NCBI RefSeq assembly: GCF_000002075.1
Contig: NW_004797676.1
Span: 207,018-265,366 of the forward strand
Source of the DNA: Aplysia californica
Taxonomy: Eukaryota
DNA length: 58,349 nucleotides
Direction: 5' to 3'
Under the pieces are notes generated by a model. That model saw only the letters and a program-made list of their open reading frames with translations. It was not told the origin of the DNA and did no database searches. The translations under genes were made by a program, and so were the position numbers. The first letter of the stretch is position 1; each line of letters opens with the position of its first letter. This document shows positions 47,635 through 58,349 of this stretch, piece after piece.

Positions 47635-48737
47635 CATTGTTCTGTAACTATGTGGGGTGGTGTTGTTATCCTGGAGTATTGCATGTTGACCAATGTGCTG
47701 GAGACTGGAGACCCACTGTGACGAGTGGCTACTTAATCTCTTGCAGGTACCGTTAGCCACTCAGAATACCATCAACATGGTAAAGGGGGTTATATTGATG
47801 TGTGCTAATTTTACCCTATACCATTATGGAGCCACCACCGAAAGGAGTCAACTCTAGCGCATTAAAGTCCATTAACTGTTCTCGTGGACGCCGCCACACA
47901 CGCACACGTCCATCTTTTGGGTTGACCATGAATCGTGACTCATCTGTGAACAACACATGGCCCTATTGGGCACATGTCCATGGTTCATGGGCCCCTACGC
48001 CAAGCGAGACGACTAGTCTGGTGTCCTGCGGTCAGCCTTGGTTTCTTGATTGGACGCTTGGCACGGATGTTGGCAGCATGCAGACGATGCTGAATGGTCT
48101 AGGAGCTCACTGCCGTCTTGATAGCAGCACTAAGGCGATGCCTGATGCTGTTAGCTGTTGTTTTCCTCTGTCGCAAGTCCTGCATGCGGACATATCGATC
48201 CTCTCTCTGAGTGGTCTTCTTGGGTCGACCTGCTCGTAGGCGTTCTTGGACTGATCCAGTGGCATAATGGCGCTGCCTCAGGCGGACAATGACAGATTGT
48301 GACGCTGCAAGCCTTCTGGCAACTTCTCGGGTTCCAACTCCATCTTGCAACCATGCCATAACCCTGGCAAGATTAAAGTCTCTCAGCTTTCGTCTTGGTG
48401 GCATGTTGATGCGATACTGGATCCTGCGCAAACGGCGGCTTATATTGCCACCAAACTGAGCACAGTTCGAGACCATAACGTGCGCCAGAAATTTTAACTG
48501 AGGAATGTTCGTGGTGTCGCACACAAGTCGATAAATAGCAGCAAATTTGACTAAAAATCCTCGAGCTGCAAGTGGTGGTTTTTGCGCCTTTAGGAAACTT
48601 TGCAGTACGTATTGTTAACCCATCAGCACTTTCAGAGCAAAATATTTTGAAACATTCCTTGCTATCTTTTTTTTCGGATTAAAAAAAAAAAATCAGAGCT
48701 TTCTGTCGAGGTGGTCCTTAACTTATGTTGAAGCCTG
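47635..48737 (-). mobile_element. Second decayed Tc1-family transposon in inverted orientation (ATG 48404)
   Basis: Minus strand TA|CAGGC end. MPPRRKLRDFNLARVMAWLQDGVGTREVARRL...GRPKKTTQREDR, VFTDESRF, GGGSIMV and LQDNNTTPH. 3'-truncated. Confidence 0.9.
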
Positions 48738-48974
48738 TATGAGTCGTTCGCCGCGTTCATTCTCTTTACTCATTCCCCATGGCCCAACTATATATTATTC
48801 TATGCGTGAATCTTCTTCTTTCCAATGGCTAGCTTAACATCCTGCGGTTTACGTTGCTGCGTTGCCTTATTAAGATCTTCATTTTAAAAATTCTCAGCTT
48901 CATCATTAACATGCTCTGATGTTGGTGCATATATCCGGATGACTCTACGTTAGAGGGTTTGCCTTCCAATTTAG

Positions 48975-49325
48975 CCACGATAACCCATGATTAGGCTATC
49001 GGACTCGCCATCGTAATTGTGAGGTTGTGGCTTCGGGGGTTCGAGTCTCAGGTCCGACGTTGTGTCCTTGGGAAAGGCACTTTACATAAATGTTCCTCAC
49101 TTCACCCAGGTGGGAATGGGTACCCAGTCATAGACAACTAAAGATTTTATCAGTATGTTAGTGGTTGAGCACCTAAAAAATGGCAGCTTACGCTGTAGCC
49201 TATGCTTCCCAGGAAGTCGAGACTGTTGAAAATGCTATCAGTACCAGGTCTGCTGAGGTAACAACCATATGTAGATACTAAAGCGCGCAGAGCTTGCCGT
49301 TGAGCGGCAATTAGCGCTGTACTAA
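48975..49325 (+). mobile_element. CORE-SINE copy
   Basis: gggttcgagtc B-box and gttgtgtccttgggaaaggcactttac...cacccaggtgggaatgggtacc, as in 32372-32703. Confidence 0.85.
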
Positions 49326-51531
49326 ATGTATGGTGACCCCTGCGATAGACAGACGGAGAAGATAGATACAATAACTTTGACATTAAAAAATTCTCGATTC
49401 TTCAGTCTGCAACGGCTTTTGTTGTTTGTTTGTTTTAAAGTTGAGTAAAGAGAAGCACATCAACACAATAATCGTCATTTAGTGTTGGGAGAAAGTAAGA
49501 TAAACAGCAAGGAACAACACAGGGAAAGTGAAGAAGTAGGATCTAGCAGTGCCAGTAGCGCCCTCCAACCAGCCGAAGAGCCGTAGCATTAGAGTAGACC
49601 ACAGACTACTGATTTTTTAGTTTTGTTGTTGTTTTTTGGGGGGTAATTTTTTATTTCATTTTATTGTATTATATTTTTTTTATTCTTTCTTTTCATTTCT
49701 TTTTTTTTTGGGGGGGGGGGTGTAGAGAGACAACCCCACACTTACTTAATATTCAACCTCCCAACTCGCAACCATGTTAAACGAATAACATTCCCTCTCC
49801 ATGTTGTCTTTTTACATGTTCAAATTGGTTTATTACATTGTTGTTTTTGGGGGGTTTTTTAAAGATCTGATTTGCGCAATTCCGAGAATTTTTAGAACAC
49901 ATTCCTATAAGTTATATAACCGCTTTAAATCCATTTCTCAATGCGGTACACGCAGTTCGTAAGGGCGCGTTCTTTCAATTTGTTTCCACAAAACAAACAA
50001 GAATCTACTACCAGAGCAAGGATTTTTTTCTTATCTTGCTCCCGTTTCTTTGACTTGGTTGCCTTTGACTGCTTTTACCCCTGCCTAATACTTAGTTTCG
50101 TCTTTAGTTTTGCCGCTAGCAGTTTTCAAAATATCAAAACCGCCATATATTTGTTTACATTACATTTCATTTATGTTTTTGTTGAGAACGGATTCTACCT
50201 GCTAGTTTCATAAATAAAAATCTCACTTTTTTCACATGCTCGTGTCGTTAATGTTAGCTTGAGAATATAAATTAATTCAATAGAGATGGTAGAAAAAGTA
50301 TTGTATGATGATGTTTCGGGGAAATATGTGGAAAAAGAACAGAATCTGCCAAAGGAAAACCATTCTGAAGGTTACAATGGTAATAAACTCGACTGTAACA
50401 TTGGAGACCCCAATCTGAACTTCGGAAGGAACAGCAATCGTAAACCTTCCTACCCTGTCTTGTCGCTGAGACAATCTACATCAAGTTTTTGGTTGTTGTT
50501 GTTTTTATAGTAGAGGGTTTTGCGGTGCTCGCAACTGTATAAGGTCATATGAGCGCCAAGGGGTGGGTGTCAACAGAGAAGTCTTTACAGGGAATCAGAC
50601 TTAGACTGCTCACCTCTCTAGCTTAAACAGCACAAGGTCTGCTTCGACTATCAAGGCACCCCAAAATAGCAGGTCATAAGAGAGTGACAAACATACAAAA
50701 AAAGTAGAGGAAAATGACAATAGTAAGGATCAGGAAAGAAAAAGCAGCAGTTCCCTGTTGTAGATCAGGCACAGTTATGAGCCTGACATGAGTCAGCCCA
50801 TTTACAATTCTACTATGCTTAAACTTGAACGAGAAATGTCCTCCCTTTGGGAATGGCCTAAAAACACTTCAGTCAGTGGCACTGCCCCGGGGGGTACATC
50901 AAGTTTAAAATTTAGCTTACATTTACATTACTTAAATGTTGACTGTGTGTTGAATGAGAGGCAGACACAATCAATCCGGAGATGTATCTTCATTGCTAAA
51001 AGAATTGTCTCCATACGGACAGTCTTTGGCTTGGTGCTCCATGATGGGAATAGTCAGAAATGCATGTCCCAGAACAGAAAAACACTTCCTCACGATTTGA
51101 CCTCTAGGAACTTAACAAGATGGGTAGAATAAGAATAAATACGATGTAATGAATGTTAAACAACTCGCAAAGCCATCAAATGCACAGGGATCGAACAATA
51201 GCCATTCATCACTGCCATTATTACGCTATCAACTGAGCTGATAGAGTGTGGTTTTAGTTTTCGTAAGCGTTCACGGCACTTGCAACACAATAAGGTCATA
51301 TAAGTGCCAAAGAATAGATGTGTAATAAAAGAGTAATATACACAAAAAAAGAAGGAAGATAAGGACGATAGTTGTTTGATAGGAAAGAAGGAGCAAACAA
51401 CACCAGAGCACCGGCCAACCACCCACTGATAGAGTGCCTGTCTCAGAAAAATGTTATAGTTATTGTGAAATTTGGTTTATCATCAACAGAAACTCACCGA
51501 CTAAACACAGAGTATTCAGAATAAAGAAAAT

Positions 51532-51537
51532 TTTATT
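51532..51537 (-). promoter_or_regulatory. Probable polyadenylation signal of a minus-strand neighbouring gene
   Basis: AATAAA on the minus strand, followed (minus) by U/GU-rich ttttctttattctgaatactctgtgtttagtcgg. Upstream sequence is AU-rich and UTR-like. Confidence 0.5.
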
Positions 51538-52579
51538 GATAAAATATACAATAACATGGTTACATGTACACATTAAATATTTACAAATCAGCATTTAGGG
51601 CAATATATTAATATTACTAGTACGAGTCTCATACATGGTAAAAATATTTAAAACCTTGATGAAAAATTCCCTTGAATCTACAAAATAAATTTGCTATGAA
51701 GAAAACAAAACAAGTTCATATTGCACATGAGCAGCAGTAAAATGGAGATATCAATGAAATCCTTGCGACCTCTACAACCGCATAACTCCGAATGCCTGCC
51801 CACTGGTCATGCTTTCTTCTGACCCTGAACCAACACTTACTGGTGAAAGCTCAAGGATGGCAAAACTGAAACTTAAAACAGTTCCGATCAAACATTGACA
51901 CAAAGAGTAATTCATTTAGCCAATAACCGCGTTCCCCCCACCCCTTAAACTTGTGTTTCAATATCATACCCAAGAACAATTTTCTCTGAGAATTCTATGA
52001 ATTAAAAGCCATAATCTTGACAGAGAGACCTGTTATATGGAACATCAAAGTGAAAAGGTGAAAAGCAAGGCTAAAATTGTGGCGGTCTTGATGCTCACTG
52101 CAATCACAACCAGTCTAGCAGATCATTCTTTTAAAAAGTTGTTGGGATTAAGCCACCAAAAAAAGGATGCATTTGCCAACGGCAAACTTTGACCCATAGA
52201 AATTACTCCTTTACATGGATCTAAATAGCAAGCCAAGTGGCAGAAAATTTAACTTCAGGCAAGTTTCTGAGTATATAATTTGTGCTATGTGTACCAAAGT
52301 ATGTCTTCACTCTACACTCTTCACCGCATGGTCATCAATCAACAAACACAACTTATCTCAAGTGAAAAGATATGTGTGGGGTAACCAAACTGCACACGTC
52401 AGGTGTGCAGCTACAGAGACATGTGTCAGGTGAGTAACTAGAGACTAGAGATACACGTGTCAGGTGTGTACCCTAGAGATACAGGTGACTGTCAGGTGGG
52501 CACCTGTAGAGAAAGGATGCTATGGTGCAAATGTACACAACAAACGATGTACATGACCTACAGACAATTCTTTTTTTTT

Positions 52580-52740
52580 TGTTAGAGTTTTACGGCACTT
52601 GCAACACAATAAGGTCATGTAAGAGCCGAAGAATAGAGGGGTTACAAGGGCGTAACAAACACACAAAAAAGGAAGATACACACCAGAGCACCCTCCAACC
52701 ACCCACCCACAGACAAAGAGACTGGTCAGAGTGGATAGAC
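52580..52740 (-). mobile_element. SINE-like repeat family (copies at about 2575-2760, 42520-42720 and 51260-51430)
   Basis: Shared ttttacggcacttgcaacacaata.ggtca...gggttacaag...aacaaacacaaaaa...caccagagcac. Confidence 0.75.
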
Positions 52741-55700
52741 GAGGCCAGCAGAACACAGAAGAGGACCCAGAGAGAGAGCAACACGGTGATTTTCAGTAAG
52801 CACTTGATCTGGTTAGGATTAGGAACATGCCTGCTGCAAACAGACAGTTCTAAAGCTATTCACAAAGCACACAGAAGGAGAATCAAACACCTTCTGTCCC
52901 TCAAACCACACTCACAAATAAACTCCACAGCCCCCACACATTCCAAAAGGTAAAAATCGGAGAGAAGCCATCTCTAAATTGTACTTTGTACCAAAATACC
53001 CAAAACGTTCTGAAATGATCATTCGTGGCAATGTTCAGCCTCGAGAAAATTAAAATGTCAAGATCATACGAGTGCTTCAGAACTGTCTGTGGACTTTTCT
53101 TCAGACTTAGAAATCAGTGAAACCATAAGAAAGCAACGAGACAGAAACACAACACAGGTGTCACAAGAAGAAAAAGCAGAATCCACAACCTGCTTAGAAC
53201 AACACCCATTATGCACAATCAGATCTCGCTTACAAGAGCAGAAAGGATAATAAAAGTTCTTGTTGCCACCTATCCCATCCCTAACAAAACTGTAATCACA
53301 CCAGAGACGGCATCATCCTCAGTGTGTCAACAGTCACCCAGCGTGAAAGTGAATTGCTTTGTACATGTGAAATCTGCAGATTATGTGATATGTAGACCTA
53401 TACACAAGAACAATTAAAGTGTACTGTCAGATTTTGTGTTTTAACGTACAAGGCTACAAAAAAATACAAAACAAATGTAAAAGCTCCACAAGCCCTCCCC
53501 AGCCTCTGCAGAAGCAGCTAGGTCAGGGACACCACGGTGCGGAGCGGACTCCATGTCCCACCCTTGTAAATGAGACACAGTCCTACCCTTCTCTTTCTCT
53601 GCAGGACTCATTAAATCACAGACGACAAAGAGAAAGATGAAACTTTAAACAATTCCAATTGCATGAGGAAATCACCAATGACAAAAGCTGAGTGTGAAAT
53701 ACCTGGGCAGCAATCCAATTTCTTTTACACAAAAAAATCATCTTGATTGAGCCTATGACTTCTGATATTCCCGTTCTACACCAATATTGTTCCGTCTAAG
53801 CATTCTAAAAAAATGGGTCAGGATCTCAGGATGGTGAGAAACAAACAAATTATACTGGGAAAACAAGTCAACGTCTCAACTTTGTCACTTTCAGTTATTT
53901 CCTAGTTTCTTACTGTTCTTCACTGTCTGACACATCAGACAAAAAAAAGAAGTTGGTGAAACAGTGACAGAGCCACTGTAACAGTAAAAAACAGAAGACA
54001 TTTAGATCACTGACAGCATAATAACAACAATCAGTCTGTTCAATGTATAAATATACACAGAAAAATCTAGAGAACAAATATTCTGGTCACAGACATATGT
54101 GTCACAATGCTCTGAAATAGGGCACTCCTCATTTTTTAGGCATGTGGAAATATTGGTTTAATCTAAAAGCTTGTTCCTTTGTCTTGCCTCCGATGAAAAA
54201 AAATACCAATTTATCTTGAAAAGAAGTCGAGATTTGCAATTGAAGCAGGTGGGCGTTGCTTGGTTTCAAAAGTAAAATTAATGAGAAAATGGTGTTTGGG
54301 GACTTCCAAAACTTGCAAGTCCTTGGAAACTGTAAATTTACATTTTTCATGCCTTTAATCAATGTTTTTCAATTAAATCCACACAGAAAAGTGTATTTGC
54401 GTGGACATACAAGGTGTTGAGCCAAAATTAAAGATTCGATCAAAATTGCAGAATGGGCAGAAAACTGCTTGGGTTGTTTTTTTCCAATTTCACTATTTTG
54501 ACGAGTGCCCGATTTCACCGCGATACCTCACATATGACATATATATATACTTACATGCATATATACACACAAATATTCATAAACTAAATGAAGTTCCAAT
54601 AGAGCATCGACAATTTGTTTCAGTAAATTTTTCATGAGTTAAGGAAATCGGGAAAACAATTTCATTCCGTCAAAGCTTGGAATCATATAACTTTTTTTCT
54701 GTGACTGCAATACCAACATAATAGGAAATCAAGGTATTTAAAACTATGTCACTATTTACACATAACCCAGGGAGTGCACAAGACTCTTAGGGCCAATTCA
54801 TGAGGAAACCAGTACAGGGAAATAGCATCAGTTATCAGTTTCATTTCTTTTCTCACAACTGAAGTAATCAATAACTCCTTCATTGCCACAGGAGAAAGTG
54901 TTCCTACTGTCAGCACTGATTTTCAGCTCAGCACCTTAGCCAGGACAGCAGTCTCATCAGCCTTAATGTCCATGGACTCGCTGTCTGAACCCAAAGTCTT
55001 CCATAGTACCACCTGCCTTATCCCCGTAATTTACAAAAAAATTGGCAAATATAAGTCAAACCATGAAATTTACTGACTTCTTTCAAGTCATTTCAGTGTT
55101 TGGGTTTTGCAAGAGCACGTTTTCAGCTGTAAAACTAGACCTGTGTTTATCCATAACTTGGAAGCTTAGCAGTAAAGTAGTGCTAGCAAATTCGGTACCG
55201 ATAAGCGCATTTTTCATTCCCAAATACGAAATCATGCTATTCTTGTGGCTGAATCTCCGCCCAAAAAAATGACAGCCAGATGATTAGTGAAGCAACCAAG
55301 AACAGCAAATTTTGCCAACTTCTGTGACATCTATGGTACAGCACAAAGCTAAAATTTATGTTCTTCATGAAGGACCATAAACATCATAAGGCAACGAAGG
55401 AGTTAACAACACTGTCAAGCCAAAAAGAACAAACAAACAAAATTGAAGCTAAGTAGATGCAGAAGACACACATGATCTGAATGTTCGAAATGCTGTCAAA
55501 CCTGTTTCTAATCTCATAATACATAACCTTCTAAGCACAAACATTGCTTTTACGACTTAAAAAAACATTTCCTGTTGTTTAGACCTGCTTCAACAAATAC
55601 TATTGAAAATCTCAAAGCGTGAGAGAGGAGGCCTCACATGAAATGTAAAACCCCCAGAGTATCGTTCTCGGCAGCACACCAACAATCCACATCATGGTCA

Positions 55701-56489
55701 CTGGGATACAACAGGACGCATACAAGAGAAAATTTCAACCTGTATTTACAAAGCAAGACAGAGGAAAATTTTACACAGTATAACAGATGATTTCATATTG
55801 TTTAATCGAGAGCATATATATATATGTGATCTCTTCCCCCCTCCCCATCCCACCCTAAAAAAAAAGGAAAAATAAATAATCTCATCTACGCTATAAAAAC
55901 CCTCAGACAAACAATGAGCCAGTGCCACAGCGCTGTGTACAAAATGTGTACAGCCAACATTTAGTGTGTTGCCGTGACAACAACTGTCTGAACAGATGGC
56001 AAAGACAACACAGGTAGGACGTCAGGGAACAAACAAGGCATATATGCATAGCTGGAAAAGTCTTCAGGGATAGCAATGAGAGAGCAAGCTATGACCACAG
56101 GCTGTCAATATAATCACTCTACAGCACTGTGACATATACAACAAGCACCACTCTTATCAAAACAATTTCTCCAATTTTGTGTTTCCACAGGGTAAATTAT
56201 AACTGTTCTAAAAAAATAATGTTTTTTCACTATTGCTATCAAAGCGCCTCCCAAAGCCCAACCCTAGGTCCACGTCCCCGGAAGTGGAAACTGGACAAAG
56301 TAGGGGATTGCTGGGTTCAACGAAGTACAGGGTGGCTTTATGCCACTGAGGCGTCACGCTAACCGTGAAGGAGAACCCGGATCACCCCGAAAAGTTGCAG
56401 GCTAACTGGGTCCTGGTGAAACTGTGACAGGCCTAGCAAGTCTGCAGTGGATTATTTATTGCTACAGAAACTAATAGAAGAAAGAAACG

Positions 56490-56830
56490 GACTGACATAG
56501 ACGGAAAATTACAGCCTGTGAAATGCGATGATTAAGAAAAGCAGTGACAAAGACCAGGCAAGACAAAATTAGAAACTCAGTAGTCAGAGAAATAGTGGGC
56601 ACAAATGATGTCATGCATCACATCCAACACCAAAGAATCAAATGGTTTGGACATCTCATGCGATTACCAAAACACCATCTAGCACAACGTGCCTACATAA
56701 AAAAATTCAATGGCAACAAGGCTAGAGGGCGACCAAGAAAGACCTGGATAGATGGAGTCAGGGAAACCCTAACAACTCATGGCATCCCCCTGACCCAAAC
56801 TCTCAGGCGAGTGGCAGAAAACTTCTCTTT
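56490..56830 (+). mobile_element. RTE-clade LINE 3' coding remnant
   Basis: ITACEMR.LRK...TRQDKIRNSVVR...RIKWFGHLMR...RGRPRKTWIDGV. Confidence 0.85.
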
Positions 56831-56844
56831 CTTCCCACAACACC

Positions 56845-57330
56845 CAAAAGGGGCAAGCATCATGATTTGGGGAGCTATCGCCCTTAATGAAAGTATTGGA
56901 CCAGTGTTCTTCCAGAGAGTGGGTCTTGGACAAGGAAATGGAGTCACAGCTCAGAGCTACATCACTCAAGTTCTTCAGCCTCATGTGGTGCCCTTTTTCC
57001 AGAAACACCTATACATTCTTTTTTCCTGCAAGACAATGCAAGACCTCATACGGTCAGTGTACCACAGCAAATTCCTGGGGTAGAACAACAGAATCTTTTG
57101 CCTCATCCGTCTCATTCACCTGTCTTAAACCCCTTTGAGCACATATGGGTGACTGTCCAGAGGCAGCTTAACCAGATGCAACCAAGACCACAAGCAGCTC
57201 CCCAACTCACTGCAACCATTGGCAAGGTGTGGGTACATATCCTCGATCGACAAATAAAGGCTCTCGTGAACTCACTAGGTTGAAGACGCAGGGTAGTTAT
57301 TGCAGCCAATGGAGGTCACACACGGTACTG
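56845..57330 (+). mobile_element. Tc1 transposase C-terminal remnant
   Basis: GASIMIWGAI, YITQVLQPHVVP, QDNARPH, PSHSPVLNPFEHIW and VIAANGGHTRY-stop. Confidence 0.85.
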
Positions 57331-58349
57331 ACTTTCCTGACAAAAGGTCAAGGTCACAGAAATAATATGTGCTACGACACAGTGGAATCAGACGCTCGTC
57401 ATCAATTTTTGTACATGTGGAGTTATCAGGATCATCTTAAAGCTTGTTCATTAATCTCGGTTTTTTTTGGTTTAAATACCAATTTATCTTGGGTAGAAGT
57501 GAAGATATTTGTTATTGAAAGAGAAAAGTTCACTTGGTTTCAGCGGTAAAAATAGCAAGAAAATGGCCGCCAAAGTTTGTTAACTTCAATAGCTAACGAG
57601 TCCTTGAAAACTGATAAATTACATATTTTGAGCTTTTAATCAACATTTTTCAATAATATATAATTCACATGGAAATGTGTTTTTCTTTGGACATAAAAGG
57701 GTTGAACAAAAACCCAAAAGTTAGACTAGAATTGCGAAACTGGTGGGAAAATGCCCGTTTCTCAAATTTTGCTCTTTTGACGAGCACCTGATTTCACCAC
57801 GATGCCTCACATTTATAGTGAAGCTAAACCCACGCTAAAACTAAAACACCCACCTACTGATACCCTTGTGGCGATGCAAATTGCACAAATTAAAATTTAA
57901 TTTACACATGACAAACCCCTTTTGAGTTTAGTGTGTATTGTTAATACTTTAGTTATTCACACTTCTTTGCCTCCGAGAATATATTTCAGTGTTCTGGTGC
58001 AATTCATTGTTCTCCACGAGGCAACTAGTCTTACTGCTCCGCAGTTTCTGAACAACAATACAGCATGTGCTAGCCTACATCTCATAACAATTCCAGAACC
58101 AATCAGATCAGTCCTAATACATACATCATACCTATCAGCCCTGGCATGTGAGAAAAACATTGGAAGACAAGTGTCTGTGACCAGCCCCCCATGTAAAAAA
58201 TACAGACTGCCTGGGTTGTAAACTTCCTTTCATGCCTTCAGTCGGAACCTACGCTATCTCACTGAATACCAGTTTCAACAATATGAAGTAATTCAGACAA
58301 TACTTTACCACTACCTGGCTATGAGCCTTGTCTATACAATTCTATCCCT

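Noticed and set aside
50286-50510. Protein-like ORF MVEKVLYDDVSGKY...
   Set aside because: No recognisable family and no clear donor; it ends in a SINE tail. It cannot be supported without RNA data.

Overview
Repeat-rich, intron-containing animal genomic DNA from a gapped draft scaffold (11 N-gaps). The Nin-domain and CORE SINEs, the microsatellite load and the LBP/BPI style suggest a mollusc, probably a gastropod (inference). Two + strand protein-coding genes can be reconstructed from splice signals. (1) A KIFC3-like kinesin-14 with 9 exons at 146-8337. The exons are out of protein order, most likely from scaffold or contig mis-ordering. (2) An LBP/BPI-family secreted lipid-binding protein with 14 coding exons at 17289-45842. 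One further exon is required by phase but was not found. The rest is SINEs, RTE and I-group LINE remnants, Tc1/mariner, hAT and MITE elements, and probably the 3' end of a minus-strand neighbouring gene (from about 51520). The most novel-looking item is a 161-bp retroposed insert in LBP/BPI intron 2 (21119-21279, minus strand). It has a U2 snRNA-derived head, a structured non-U2 body, a short A tail and a perfect 16-bp target-site duplication, so it is a candidate snRNA-headed SINE or a U2-retroelement chimera. No evidence of a larger novel multi-gene system was found.
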